Positions 27,383 through 37,652 are shown, counted from the first letter of the stretch. The stretch: DNA of 64,000 nt from Ignavibacteria bacterium (GCA_039810605.1 JBDHXH010000004.1:597-64596), one strand, 5' to 3'. Numbers and translations are program-made. The notes: generated by a model from the letters alone, not told the origin.

Positions 27383-28831
27383 TTACGTCGCATGTGAATA
27401 CCCGGGCTTGCCATCGAAATTATATAAATGCTCTGTCTTGATGAAATCGAATCCTGACTCATCAATTTTTTCAAGCAGCGAAAGTATCTGCGAGCGGTTA
27501 ACTGTCTCTCCCGGATTCTCCGCAACATACCTGCATCTCCAATGATCGGTGCAGAAAGTTTCGGGATGACCATTCGGCCATACTGCTTCGCCCCGGTTAC
27601 TTATCTGCGTAAGTTTGAGTCCGTCTGATTTTACTTTCTTAAGCAGTTCTCCAAGGTCATCGGCAGAGCCGCTGCTCCAGTCAACAAACACATCCACTCC
27701 AACCAAATCCTTCCTTGCCTTCATGGGCTTCTTGCCATCATTTTTTGCAGGCTCTTTTCTTTCCGTCTTCTTGTATTCAACAGCTTTCAATGTTGCCGGC
27801 TTCTGGCCAAGCCTTGCAACAACTGCGCTTGCAAATTCCTTTGTTCCAACCTTTTCTTTACTTGTTCCTTCCTTAAAAATATCATAAGTGTGAATGCCGT
27901 CTTCAAGAGTCTTCAGCCATGCATTATGAACTTTGGTTGCAATTTCGCTTTGACCGATATGATTAAGCATCATGACTGCTCCAAGCAAAAGACCTGAAGG
28001 ATTTGCAAGGTTCTGTCCGGCACGCCGCGGAGCGGAACCGTGAATAGCTTCAAACATCGCAAAGTTATCGCCAATGTTTGAAGAACCCGCAAGTCCAACG
28101 GATCCTGTTATCTGCGCTGCGACATCAGACAGGATATCTCCGTATAAATTTTCCATCACAATCACATCAAAACTCTCCGGCGTGTGCGCCATCTTTGCTG
28201 CACCAATATCTACTATCCACACTTCGCTTTCTATCTGCGGATACTCTTTTGAGATCTCATCATAAACAGTATGAAAAAGTCCGTCAGTTAATTTCATTAT
28301 GTTGTCTTTAACAAAACACGTAACCTTTTTCCTGTTGTTCGTAACCGCGTAGTCAAAAGCATATCTGATTATTTTCTCTGAACCCGGCCTGCTGATCAAC
28401 TTCAATCCCTGATATACCTGATCTGTCTGCCTGTATTCAATTCCCGAATAAAGATCCTCTTCGTTCTCCCTCACGATGACAACATCCATTACCGGATGCT
28501 TCGTCGCAACATAAGGATAGTACGACACACAAGGACGAACATTCGCATAGAGTCCAAGTGTTTTTCTCGTAGTTACATTAAGACTCTTATAACCGCCTCC
28601 CTGCGGAGTTGTAATTGGAGCTTTCAAAAAAACTTTTGTCCTTCGGAGTGAATCCCATGCGCCGGGTTCAATACCTGCAGCATTTCCCCGCAAATAAACC
28701 TGCTCTCCTATTTCTATTGTTTCAATGTCAAGCTTTGCTCCAGCTTCTGTTATGATCTTTAAAGTTGCTTCCATTATTTCAGGACCTATACCGTCTCCGT
28801 ATGCAACTGTGATTGGTGTGTTCTTAGCCAA
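27383..28831 (-). CDS. icd: Isocitrate dehydrogenase (beta-decarboxylating dehydrogenase family) with a ~130-aa C-terminal extension
   Basis: ITVAYGDGIGPEIM, SLNVTTRKTLGLYANVRP, IVRENEEDLYSG, NLYGDILSD and HGSAPRRAG motifs. Length is 482 aa, like the Thermus-type enzymes with an extra C-terminal domain. TTG start. Confidence 0.85.
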   Translation of the reverse strand: MAKNTPITVAYGDGIGPEIMEATLKIITEAGAKLDIETIEIGEQVYLRGNAAGIEPGAWDSLRRTKVFLKAPITTPQGGGYKSLNVTTRKTLGLYANVRPCVSYYPYVATKHPVMDVVIVRENEEDLYSGIEYRQTDQVYQGLKLISRPGSEKIIRYAFDYAVTNNRKKVTCFVKDNIMKLTDGLFHTVYDEISKEYPQIESEVWIVDIGAAKMAHTPESFDVIVMENLYGDILSDVAAQITGSVGLAGSSNIGDNFAMFEAIHGSAPRRAGQNLANPSGLLLGAVMMLNHIGQSEIATKVHNAWLKTLEDGIHTYDIFKEGTSKEKVGTKEFASAVVARLGQKPATLKAVEYKKTERKEPAKNDGKKPMKARKDLVGVDVFVDWSSGSADDLGELLKKVKSDGLKLTQISNRGEAVWPNGHPETFCTDHWRCRYVAENPGETVNRSQILSLLEKIDESGFDFIKTEHLYNFDGKPGYSHAT

Positions 28832-28911
28832 GAATTTTACTGTTTATGATTATAATTATGATTAAAGGGGTAACTTGTATGAAATTACAAATATCTGATG
28901 TGATAAGAAAT

Positions 28912-30024
28912 CTAATTATTGAAATGTCCTGCACTCGCTGTGCTCGCATCAATCATTTCCAAAAAGTCTTTAAACAAATACTTGCTGTCGTGCGGTCCGG
29001 GTGATGCTTCGGGATGATATTGAACGGACATTACAGGCAGCTCTTTATGACGCAATCCCTCGTTTGTTCCGTCATAAAGATTCGTATGGGTAATTTCAAT
29101 TAACCGCGAGTCCAGACTTTCCGTATCAACTGCGAAGCCATGGTTTTGAGAAGTAATCTCTATCTTGTTGGTCAAATGATTTTTCACAGGATGATTTGCG
29201 CCTCTGTGTCCGAATTTTAATTTGTAAGTTCTTCCTCCAAGCGCAAGAGCAATGAGCTGATGCCCGAGACATATACCAAACACCGGCTTGCCTCTTTCAA
29301 TTAGATGTTTTGTATTTTCAATTCCATATTTCACCGCATCAGGATCACCCGGACCATTGGACAAAAATATTCCGTCGGGATTATATTCAAGAACTTCATT
29401 ATAATCTGTCCGTGCATTGAATACCTTCGCTTCAATGTTGTGTTTCAGAAATTCACGAAGAATGTTTTTCTTCATTCCAAAATCATAAACTGCAATTCTT
29501 CGCTTTACATCTTCACTTCTGACAATGTAACTCTTCTCTGTACTTACGTTTTGCACAAGATCCAATCCTGACATCACCGGCAGGTCTGTGAACATCTCTT
29601 TGATTTTTCCGGGACCTGCCTTTTCATTGGTAATGATTCCTCGCATTGCACCTTCGCAGCGTATAACTTTTGTGAGTTCACGTGTATCAATTCCGGTAAA
29701 TCCCGTAACTTTACTCTCTTTCAAATATTCATCCAGAGACTTCTCTCCTTTAAAGTTACTCCAGGCATCTTCATAATTTCCAACTACAAATCCGCTTACC
29801 TGTACCTCCGAAGATTCGATGTCGTCTGAATTAACTCCGTAATTTCCAATCAAAGGATAAGTCATCACAACAATCTGACCTGCATAAGACGGATCGGTAA
29901 GAATTTCCTGGTAACCCGTAAGCGAAGTATTAAAAACAACTTCTCCGCTTGACACGCTTTCATATCCGAAAGTAAGTCCATCGTAAACCTTGCCGTTCTC
30001 TAAGATTAGTCTGCCCTTCCGCAA
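28912..30024 (-). CDS. carA: Carbamoyl-phosphate synthase small (glutaminase) subunit
   Basis: The CPSase small-chain N-domain is followed by a class-I amidotransferase with the nucleophile context GICLGHQL and HPE near the C-terminus. No carB gene is adjacent. Confidence 0.9.
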   Translation of the reverse strand: MRKGRLILENGKVYDGLTFGYESVSSGEVVFNTSLTGYQEILTDPSYAGQIVVMTYPLIGNYGVNSDDIESSEVQVSGFVVGNYEDAWSNFKGEKSLDEYLKESKVTGFTGIDTRELTKVIRCEGAMRGIITNEKAGPGKIKEMFTDLPVMSGLDLVQNVSTEKSYIVRSEDVKRRIAVYDFGMKKNILREFLKHNIEAKVFNARTDYNEVLEYNPDGIFLSNGPGDPDAVKYGIENTKHLIERGKPVFGICLGHQLIALALGGRTYKLKFGHRGANHPVKNHLTNKIEITSQNHGFAVDTESLDSRLIEITHTNLYDGTNEGLRHKELPVMSVQYHPEASPGPHDSKYLFKDFLEMIDASTASAGHFNN

Positions 30025-30063
30025 CTTAATTCCTGAAGTTTAAGAAGTTCATAAAATTTTTCT

Positions 30064-31935
30064 TCATCTTAAATACTTATCCAGAAATTTTATCTTCGCT
30101 TCAAATACTTTTATCTGGTTTGATACTTTACTGTAGCCATGTCCCTCATCTTCAAGCAAAATATATTCAACAGGTTTTTTCTTTTCTTTAAGCTTATTCA
30201 CAATTTGTTCAGATTCGGCTTCCACAACTCTCGGATCATGTTTGCCCTGAACTACCAGCAGCGGGCATTGAATATTATCCACAAAATTTATCGGAGACCT
30301 TTCGTATAGCATGTCTTTATCATCTTCGGCATTTCCAATAAGCGCCTCAATACCTTTCTTCCAGTGTTCCGGAACTGAATTGAGAAATGTAAATAAATTT
30401 GCAGGACCAAATATGTCAATCGCACATTTCCATATTTCCGGAGCTTTTGTAATGCAAGTCAAACACATATATCCTCCAAAACTTCCACCGACAACCGCAA
30501 TTTTTTTTGGATCTACGTAACCCGTGGTCTTCAAATATTCAACACTGCCGAGGACATCTTTAAATTCATTTCCTCCCCAATCTCTGTAAATCATTTTCTG
30601 AAATGTCTTGCCATAACCGGTGCTTCCCCTGAAGTTCGGCGCAATCACAATGTATCCCGCGTTGACCATTACCTGAACATACTTGCTGAAGTTATGCATC
30701 TCCTGATGCTCCGGTCCGCCATGAGGCCAGACAATCCCCGGATTCTTCCCGTCCTTCTTAAGACCCTTAGGAATATAAAGAAGTGCATGTATCTTCAGCC
30801 CGTCAAAGCTCTTGTAAAAAATATCGTGAGGTTTCGTTAATCCCTTTTCCGATACTCCGCCAACGAATGAATTTGTAATCTGCGTCCTCTTTTGCTTTTT
30901 CAAATCATAAACAAAGATGTCTCCCGGATTCAACGGACTATCGCATATATAAAAAAACTTCTTATCGTCTTTTGAAAATTGAAGATTGTAGTAGTTTCCT
31001 TTCGGGAGCTTCAACTTATTAATTTTTCCCGTCTTCAGATTCAAGATGCGCGGTGTGCTGCTACCGTTAATGTTCTCCGTGAAAATTATTTTCTCATAAT
31101 CATGAGAAAGTTTATAACTTGTTATGTCCCAGCTTTCCTTAATGATCCACTTCGATTTCTTCTTTTTAATGTCATAATACTTCATGCCTTTGAATTCGCG
31201 CCCTTCATCGGATACATAGTAAAATCCCTTGCCTCGTTTATCAAAGCAAACACCGCCGTTGAAAACATTCACCTCTATGTCATGCTCCGTGATATTCAAT
31301 AATGATTTGTCCTTCGTATCGAGTAGCAAGATATCAATGTTAATATTTCCGTAGAATTTCATGAACGAAATATACCTTTCGTCATTGCTCCACGCTTCTG
31401 CATGTGTTGGATAATGATCGTCAAAATTCATGACGGAAGTATTTTTTCCCGTAGCAAGATCCTGAATGAAAATATCGAAGTTGTACTTCAGCCTCTTGTT
31501 GCTGGAAAATAAAAACTTTGTCCCCTTCTTATTGAATTGGTGGAAGAAACATTGAGAGTCCTCGAATCCTTTAGAAAGATGCTCAACATCTCCCCCTTCA
31601 TCCGGCATTCTGTATATCTGCAGGTTTTCGTTTCCGCTTAAGTCGCTTAGGAAAATCAGTTCCTTCGATTTTGGATTGTGGTAAACTGCTTTTACGGAAT
31701 CGCTCCATGTGGAAATCTGATCCGTCCAGCCCCCGCTGCTTGGAACCGCCCATATCTGCGGCGTCCCCGATGTATTGGTGATGTAGAAAATCGTCTTGTC
31801 GTTTGAAGACGTTGTGAACCCGAAAATAGTTCTGATGGAGAAAAATTTTCCTACGGGATATCTTTGTATTTTAGCCAATGAAATCTCCGAAATAGATTTA
31901 TGAAGTTTGAATTGTTTCGTTAAGCCCTTTTTCAA
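30064..31935 (-). CDS. S9 family serine peptidase (prolyl oligopeptidase / acylaminoacyl-peptidase-like)
   Basis: N-terminal beta-propeller-like region. C-terminal alpha/beta hydrolase with the nucleophile motif GGSFGGYM, followed by the Asp and His regions (QGKHDPRV, DEGHGY). Confidence 0.85.
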   Translation of the reverse strand: MKKGLTKQFKLHKSISEISLAKIQRYPVGKFFSIRTIFGFTTSSNDKTIFYITNTSGTPQIWAVPSSGGWTDQISTWSDSVKAVYHNPKSKELIFLSDLSGNENLQIYRMPDEGGDVEHLSKGFEDSQCFFHQFNKKGTKFLFSSNKRLKYNFDIFIQDLATGKNTSVMNFDDHYPTHAEAWSNDERYISFMKFYGNINIDILLLDTKDKSLLNITEHDIEVNVFNGGVCFDKRGKGFYYVSDEGREFKGMKYYDIKKKKSKWIIKESWDITSYKLSHDYEKIIFTENINGSSTPRILNLKTGKINKLKLPKGNYYNLQFSKDDKKFFYICDSPLNPGDIFVYDLKKQKRTQITNSFVGGVSEKGLTKPHDIFYKSFDGLKIHALLYIPKGLKKDGKNPGIVWPHGGPEHQEMHNFSKYVQVMVNAGYIVIAPNFRGSTGYGKTFQKMIYRDWGGNEFKDVLGSVEYLKTTGYVDPKKIAVVGGSFGGYMCLTCITKAPEIWKCAIDIFGPANLFTFLNSVPEHWKKGIEALIGNAEDDKDMLYERSPINFVDNIQCPLLVVQGKHDPRVVEAESEQIVNKLKEKKKPVEYILLEDEGHGYSKVSNQIKVFEAKIKFLDKYLR

Positions 31936-32170
31936 AGATAATGCTTTTGAGATTCTCTTTTTAGTCTAATACCAAATTATGGGATTTGTTAAATTCACTG
32001 AATCAGCGAATACACATAGATAATTTTAACACCGAATGAATTTCCCGCCATGATTGCTATTAATTTTATGAAAAATAAATTAGCATAACAGAGCAGTGCA
32101 GTTTCTATCTTTGTTCCGGATTTATTATCTTTAACTAAAACTCTCTAAAAAATTAATTTTCGGATCATAC

Positions 32171-32917
32171 ATGAAAAAAATATTCTTCGTTGCATTTGCC
32201 TTGTTCTTTTCAACTCACCTGATTTACTCTCAAACGATGAGCATTACCTACAAATCAATTTCACAAAATGAATCATCACTGAATGATTCAGTCACGGCAA
32301 TTTATCCTCAAGTTGATTTCGGACCCGAAGCTCTGATGGGCATCCGGGGTATCGCACAGGATATAAATACTTCACTCGATACACTGGTCAAAGAAATGAT
32401 AAAACGATTTGACGGTGAAGTTTTTTTGCTTGACGATAAGAACGTTAACGGAATGGGCAGTATGCTTGAAATTACAAGCACGGCAAATATCTCCGGAGGA
32501 ACTTTGTTAAGTGTTCAGATCTCTGAATTCAAAAATCTTTCCGGTAATGCCCACCCTCTTACAACTATAACTACATTTAATTACAGCATAACTTCAGTCG
32601 GAATATTGAATATGTCAAATCTCTTCCTGAAGGATTCGGATTATCTTAACTATGTTTCAGACTTTTCCATCAATGAATTGCGGATAAGAGCAAAGAAGGA
32701 AGGATATGAGAATATTGACGACATGATTACATCGGGAGCATCTGCGAAGCAGGAGAACTTTACAAACTGGCTCATACATAACGACAGCCTGGAAATCATT
32801 TTTAATCCTTATCAGGTTGCCCCTTATGTCTTCGGGATACAGTCTGTTACAATTTCATTAAGCAGTATGCTTATTATGATTGACCCAAAAGGACCGCTGA
32901 ATTATATGTTCAGATAA
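32171..32917 (+). CDS. Secreted DUF4163/DUF3298-like protein
   Basis: Signal peptide MKKIFFVAFALFFSTHLIYSQ. Segments SGNAHPLTTITTFNY and IIFNPYQVAPYVFGIQSVTISL resemble the DUF3298 core. This call is from memory of the family pattern only. Confidence 0.55.
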   Translation: MKKIFFVAFALFFSTHLIYSQTMSITYKSISQNESSLNDSVTAIYPQVDFGPEALMGIRGIAQDINTSLDTLVKEMIKRFDGEVFLLDDKNVNGMGSMLEITSTANISGGTLLSVQISEFKNLSGNAHPLTTITTFNYSITSVGILNMSNLFLKDSDYLNYVSDFSINELRIRAKKEGYENIDDMITSGASAKQENFTNWLIHNDSLEIIFNPYQVAPYVFGIQSVTISLSSMLIMIDPKGPLNYMFR

Positions 32918-32926
32918 ATGCAGAAT

Positions 32927-33006
32927 GGCAGTCGGTAGTCGGCAGTCGGTAGTCGGCAATCGGCAAATCGGCAGTCGGCAATATATTCTGCCGATTGCCG
33001 ACTGAC
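32927..33006. repeat. Heptanucleotide tandem array (8 units GGYARTC) ending in two inverted units that form a hairpin
   Basis: GGCAGTC GGTAGTC GGCAGTC GGTAGTC GGCAATC GGCAAATC GGCAGTC GGCAATA, then tattct, then the inverted units GCCGATT GCCGACT. It lies between the convergent genes ending at 32917 and 33052. Confidence 0.88.
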
Positions 33007-33051
33007 AATGTTAAATATACGTCAATTCTATATCGTGCCAATTGAACATAG

Positions 33052-33924
33052 TTACGAGTAAGAGACCGTTCTCTGGTGAAGAGTAATGGAAATGATTCCA
33101 CCTGCGCTCACGAGAATTATTCCTGCAATCTCCATCGTTCCGGGAATGTGATCAAATATCAGCCAATCAAATATTCCCGTAAAGACAATCAAAGAAAAAT
33201 TGAGCGGCGAAAGTTTTACCGCATCGGCGATCTTGTATGAATATTGAAGCAGCGCAAGATAACTAACGAATAGGATTCCCGACAATATTCCGTAAATCAA
33301 AGTGGCTGTCGCAGGAAGGTGCTGGCTGCTGAATGCAAATGGCGCAGTCATTATTACTGCTATCAGGGAATAATAGAACACAACCGAAATCAACGAATCC
33401 GATTTTGCAAGGATCCTCAAAGCGACATATCCTATGGCAAGAAAAATCCCCGACGCAAGTCCGAACATGTCACCAATTTTTAGGAATCCCTCTGCAGTTG
33501 GATCGAGTATTAATATGATTCCGATAAAACCGACAAGAATTCCTCTCCATACTCTTTCATCAACTTTTACCTTCAGCCAGATGAGCGTTATTTTCGGGAT
33601 GAACAGCGGAGTGGTATTGTTCAGAAGCACAGCATTGACAAGCGGAATTCTTGTTACCGCAAGAGAGTAACACGTGAAAGCAAGCACGCCTGTTACTCCT
33701 CTGATGATTTGAAATCTTAGCTTGTTTGTTCTTAACTCGCTGAATCTTTCCCGTGAGGCGAATGCGGATGCAATCAAAAGAGAAGTACTGAACTGAATAA
33801 AAAGAACCTGTGGTATTGGAGTTCCTGCAACAGTCTCGAGTTTAATAAACAGACTTACTGTTGCAAGAAACAGAAATGAAAGTAATGCTGCTCCTGCGGC
33901 TTTGATTGACTGGCCCGGTTTCAT
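33052..33924 (-). CDS. EamA/DMT family transporter
   Basis: 290 aa and 10 predicted TM segments arranged as two 5-TM halves. Its start overlaps the upstream GNAT stop (ATGA, 33921-33924). Confidence 0.78.
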   Translation of the reverse strand: MKPGQSIKAAGAALLSFLFLATVSLFIKLETVAGTPIPQVLFIQFSTSLLIASAFASRERFSELRTNKLRFQIIRGVTGVLAFTCYSLAVTRIPLVNAVLLNNTTPLFIPKITLIWLKVKVDERVWRGILVGFIGIILILDPTAEGFLKIGDMFGLASGIFLAIGYVALRILAKSDSLISVVFYYSLIAVIMTAPFAFSSQHLPATATLIYGILSGILFVSYLALLQYSYKIADAVKLSPLNFSLIVFTGIFDWLIFDHIPGTMEIAGIILVSAGGIISITLHQRTVSYS

Positions 33925-34475
33925 TTTACGAATCTATACATTAACACGCTGTCAATGTACGTGCCATCGCTAAGCTTCATATCCTTTGGACATCTCCCCT
34001 CTTCGACAAAACCAAGTTTTTTATACAATGTTTGTGCTCGATGATTTGTTGAGAAAACCGAAAGCGTAATTTTTTCTATCAGCGGATTTTTTTCTCCCCA
34101 TTCAATCAGTGTGCTCAACAACATGCGCCCGATTCCGATTTCTCTGAATTCCTTTAATATGAACATGGAGAACATACCCGAATGAGAGGTTCTTCTGAAT
34201 CCTCCCCTGCGAAATTCGAGAAAGCCTGCGACTGTATTTTCAATTTCAGCAACAATATATAAGCATCCCTTATCATGAAGATAATTCTGAATGTTCCTGG
34301 ACTCTCCGTCCAGAGTATAATTTGCTTCGTCGGATTCTCTTAGCATAAACAGTCCTTCAGCAATTACACTCCTGTTAATGCCGATAGTTTGCTTCGCATC
34401 CCATGACATCGCATTGCGTATGGTAACATCCTTACCGTTTTTAGACTTAAAGATTCTTTTTTCAATTTCCGACAT
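33921..34475 (-). CDS. GNAT family N-acetyltransferase
   Basis: Acetyl-CoA binding motif region ...KEFREIGIGRMLL... and RAQTLYKKLGFVEEG. I prefer ATG 34475 to the GTG at 34499. Confidence 0.8.
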   Translation of the reverse strand: MSEIEKRIFKSKNGKDVTIRNAMSWDAKQTIGINRSVIAEGLFMLRESDEANYTLDGESRNIQNYLHDKGCLYIVAEIENTVAGFLEFRRGGFRRTSHSGMFSMFILKEFREIGIGRMLLSTLIEWGEKNPLIEKITLSVFSTNHRAQTLYKKLGFVEEGRCPKDMKLSDGTYIDSVLMYRFVK

Positions 34476-34520
34476 TGAGGATGATTTAGTTCCATGCACA
34501 AACTATACTGTCTCGTCAGT

Positions 34521-35858
34521 CTACAATAAATTGCTTGCTAATTCTGCGAGTTCGGATCTTTCTCCTTTTAATAAATTCACATGAGCGTATAGTTTTTGTC
34601 CTTTGAAATGTTCAATCAGATATGAAAGGCCGTTAGACTGCGAGTCGAGATAGGGATGATCAATCTGATAAATGTCTCCCGTAAAGACAAGCTTCACGCC
34701 TTCACCCGCACGTGTAATAATAGTTTTCACTTCATGGGGAGTCAGATTCTGCGCTTCATCAACTATGAAAAAAATTCTTTGCAGGCTTCTTCCGCGAATA
34801 TAGCTCAATGGCTCGATGACAAGTTTCTCATCCTTAATCATTTGATTGATCTGCTGATACTGTTTGTCGGTTTCGCTGTATTGATCCTGAATTACTTTAA
34901 TATTATCCCAAACGGGCTGCATATAAGGAGCAAGTTTGTCCTCGATATCACCCGGAAGATAACCAATGTCTTTATTGCTTAGCGGTACAATAGGACGTGC
35001 AACGTAAATTTGTCTGAAGTTCCTCTTAACATGAAGAGCTGATGCTATTGCAAGCAATGTCTTGCCCGTCCCTGCTTTTCCCGTCAGTGATACAAGAGGT
35101 ATGTTATCATTCGTCAGCGCATCCACCGCAAAGGTTTGCTCTGCATTCCTTGACTTAATACCGTAAATGTCGTTCTTGTCAACTCTTCGCATCGCTTCCT
35201 TTATGGGATCATAGTGAGCTAATACCGAGCGAGATGTATTGCGAAGTATAAAAAATTTATTAGGCTGAATTTCTCCTTTAATTTTTTTCACAACATCTTT
35301 AAGCGGCACTTCATAAGGCGGCTGATAGAGCTTGACGAGGATATCATCGCTGAAGTTTTCAATGATTTCCTTTCCGCTGTATAGTTCCTCGACATTGCTA
35401 ATGCGGTCGGTGGTATAATCTTCCGCGGGAATTCCGAGTGCCTTTGCCTTCATGCGGAGATTTACATCTTTCGTAACAAGGATGATCGAACGCTTCTTGT
35501 CACTCTTCTGAACTTCAAGAGCGCTGCTTAATATTCTGTGGTCAGGTGTATCATCTTTAAAAATTTCTTTTATCTCGTCGCTAAGGCCGCGAGAAATTGC
35601 TATACGTACTTTGCCTCTGCCTTTGCCGAGTGAAACACCGCCGTTGAACAATGCAGAACCTGTCATTGTATCGAGTGTCCGCGCAAATTCGCGCGCATTC
35701 AGATTAATAACCTGACTACCCCGCTTGAAATGATCCAGCTCTTCAATCACGGTAAGAGGAATTACGATGTCGTTTTCTTTGAACTGAAGTATGCAGGATG
35801 AGTCGTGAAGAATTACGTTAGTATCGAGTATAAAAACTTTGGTGGATTTTTTTGCCAT
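34521..35858 (-). CDS. PIN domain + PhoH-like ATPase (PhoH2/YlaK-type)
   Basis: N-terminal PIN domain (VFILDTNVILHD...). C-terminal P-loop domain with Walker A GKAGTGKT and Walker B IFFIVDEAQNL. Confidence 0.87.
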   Translation of the reverse strand: MAKKSTKVFILDTNVILHDSSCILQFKENDIVIPLTVIEELDHFKRGSQVINLNAREFARTLDTMTGSALFNGGVSLGKGRGKVRIAISRGLSDEIKEIFKDDTPDHRILSSALEVQKSDKKRSIILVTKDVNLRMKAKALGIPAEDYTTDRISNVEELYSGKEIIENFSDDILVKLYQPPYEVPLKDVVKKIKGEIQPNKFFILRNTSRSVLAHYDPIKEAMRRVDKNDIYGIKSRNAEQTFAVDALTNDNIPLVSLTGKAGTGKTLLAIASALHVKRNFRQIYVARPIVPLSNKDIGYLPGDIEDKLAPYMQPVWDNIKVIQDQYSETDKQYQQINQMIKDEKLVIEPLSYIRGRSLQRIFFIVDEAQNLTPHEVKTIITRAGEGVKLVFTGDIYQIDHPYLDSQSNGLSYLIEHFKGQKLYAHVNLLKGERSELAELASNLL

Positions 35859-36100
35859 TTAATTGCGTTGATTAAAAATCTAGATTCGAAAGCGAGCTAA
35901 TATAAATTTTATTATGATTATTTTAAATGAAGGAGTTTAGGGAAGCGAGACTAAGAAATTCACTTTTTATATTTTTATCGAAGTGGAAATGCGATTGACA
36001 ACTTAGGTAAAAGTTTCAATAACGATAGAATCGTGGGCCGGAATTAGTTAAGACAGACATTCATTGGAAAACCGTAGAAAATTTAAACAAGAAAAAGAAA

Positions 36101-37633
36101 ATGAATGTAAAATTCAAAATTTCCTCTGTTCCTGTTATTGCAATCTTCATCGGCGCAGTTCTATACGGAATCGTTGATCAAAAGCATTCCGTAGAAAAAA
36201 ACGTTTTTTATAATTTTTCGTCCGGCGCAAACGATACGTTCCGGATCGTTGCGGTTCATTCTCTTGGCAAAGTGCCGGTTAGCGCCGGAACTCCTGACAC
36301 AATACAAGTCAGATGTTTTTCAAACGTGCCGGATACTCAACCTAAGAAAATCATTATACAGGTTTTCAACTATTCCGATTATCATTGTGATCCTGTTATC
36401 TACGGGGATACGTGCATAGATGGTGTTCCGAAGGATTCCCTAAACGATGAGTTCATCCGAAACGGGATTTTTGATACAACAATTAATTACAAGATTGAAG
36501 AAACAGGTCTTAAAGAAAATGATCTGATTATTGTTTCGGCAATTGTTGGTGACGGAGCAATACAGGATGCAAACCGGTTTAGTAAATGTTACAAAGTCAC
36601 AAACGGAAAATGGACACACATTGACAGCTGCAAAGGCGACACAGCAGGCATGGGATTCGAAGGCTCCACCGGAAGCATTGTTGCAGCATTCAGAAATCGG
36701 AAACTACCTCCGCTGGTGTTAAAGTCAGCGGAGGTTACGTTCATAGATTCTGTCGGCTCTCCTCAAAAACCGTATAGAATAGTTGTTTACAGAGGAGATT
36801 CCCAAGGCAAGCCTTCGGCAAATGAATGGCTATCGAATGTTTTTCAAACTCCCATAGGAAATGGTTTGCCTCAAAAAGTGAATCACTTGCTGACTTCAGT
36901 TCCCATCGTAACGGCAGGACAGAAATTTTTTGTGGGAGTAAGGCAGGAAAGCAATTCCAATATTCAGCTTGCTTTTCAAAACGAAGCTCCCGTCAGAAGG
37001 AATGCCTTCTTTTATAAGAAGCCGTTCACAGGGGTGACATGGTATGATTTTTCCGACTCGCTTATAAATAAGATCCCGGATATAGGCGTTGATTATTACA
37101 CGTTTCGGTTGAGTTTGTCGGCTTTGATAGAGGGATTTTACAACGCGGCAAGTAACCAGTTAACAAAGGATACTTTGAGGCTATATGTAAGAAACCAGAA
37201 CTCACCGTACAGTATTTTTGATTCAACAAAAGCTCTTTTAGGTGATCAGGGTAGCGCTGAGTTTTATTTTAGTTATTCCGGCAATTATTATCTTCACCTC
37301 AATCACCGAAACAGCGTAGAAACGTGGAGCAGCGCACCTGTAAACATTTCCACAAACAGCTCCTATGATTTCTCATCGTCTTCATCACAGGCTTATGGCA
37401 GCAATCAGAAACTTCTCGATACATCACCTGTAAAATACGGAATATACAGCGGCGATGTTAATCGCGACGGTTGTGTGGACTTATCGGATATAACTGACGT
37501 TTTTACCGACGCTCAAAATTTTGCAACCGGTTACATTTTAACAGATTTAACGGGAGATGACTTCACAGATTTGGCGGATTTAGCAATTTGTTTTAACAAT
37601 GCAGCAGACTTTGTATGTTCAATAACTCCGTGA
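36101..37633 (+). CDS. Secreted/anchored hypothetical protein with a dockerin-like C-terminal module
   Basis: N-terminal hydrophobic segment. At the C-terminus, two EF-hand-like 12-residue loops each followed by a helix (GDVNRDGCVDLSDITDVF and TDLTGDDFTDLADLAICF). The last ~175 aa are paralogous to the C-terminus of the 39505-42495 product. Confidence 0.6.
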   Translation: MNVKFKISSVPVIAIFIGAVLYGIVDQKHSVEKNVFYNFSSGANDTFRIVAVHSLGKVPVSAGTPDTIQVRCFSNVPDTQPKKIIIQVFNYSDYHCDPVIYGDTCIDGVPKDSLNDEFIRNGIFDTTINYKIEETGLKENDLIIVSAIVGDGAIQDANRFSKCYKVTNGKWTHIDSCKGDTAGMGFEGSTGSIVAAFRNRKLPPLVLKSAEVTFIDSVGSPQKPYRIVVYRGDSQGKPSANEWLSNVFQTPIGNGLPQKVNHLLTSVPIVTAGQKFFVGVRQESNSNIQLAFQNEAPVRRNAFFYKKPFTGVTWYDFSDSLINKIPDIGVDYYTFRLSLSALIEGFYNAASNQLTKDTLRLYVRNQNSPYSIFDSTKALLGDQGSAEFYFSYSGNYYLHLNHRNSVETWSSAPVNISTNSSYDFSSSSSQAYGSNQKLLDTSPVKYGIYSGDVNRDGCVDLSDITDVFTDAQNFATGYILTDLTGDDFTDLADLAICFNNAADFVCSITP

Positions 37634-37652
37634 TCTAAAATTTGAGCGTAGG

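Noticed and set aside
35888-35954. A direct repeat GAAAGCGAG-CTAA / GGAAGCGAGACTAA, 53 bp apart, in the divergent promoter region between the PIN-PhoH gene and the first dockerin-module gene.
   Set aside because: It is only about 13 nt with an indel, which is near chance level for this composition. No third copy or palindromic structure supports a binding site.
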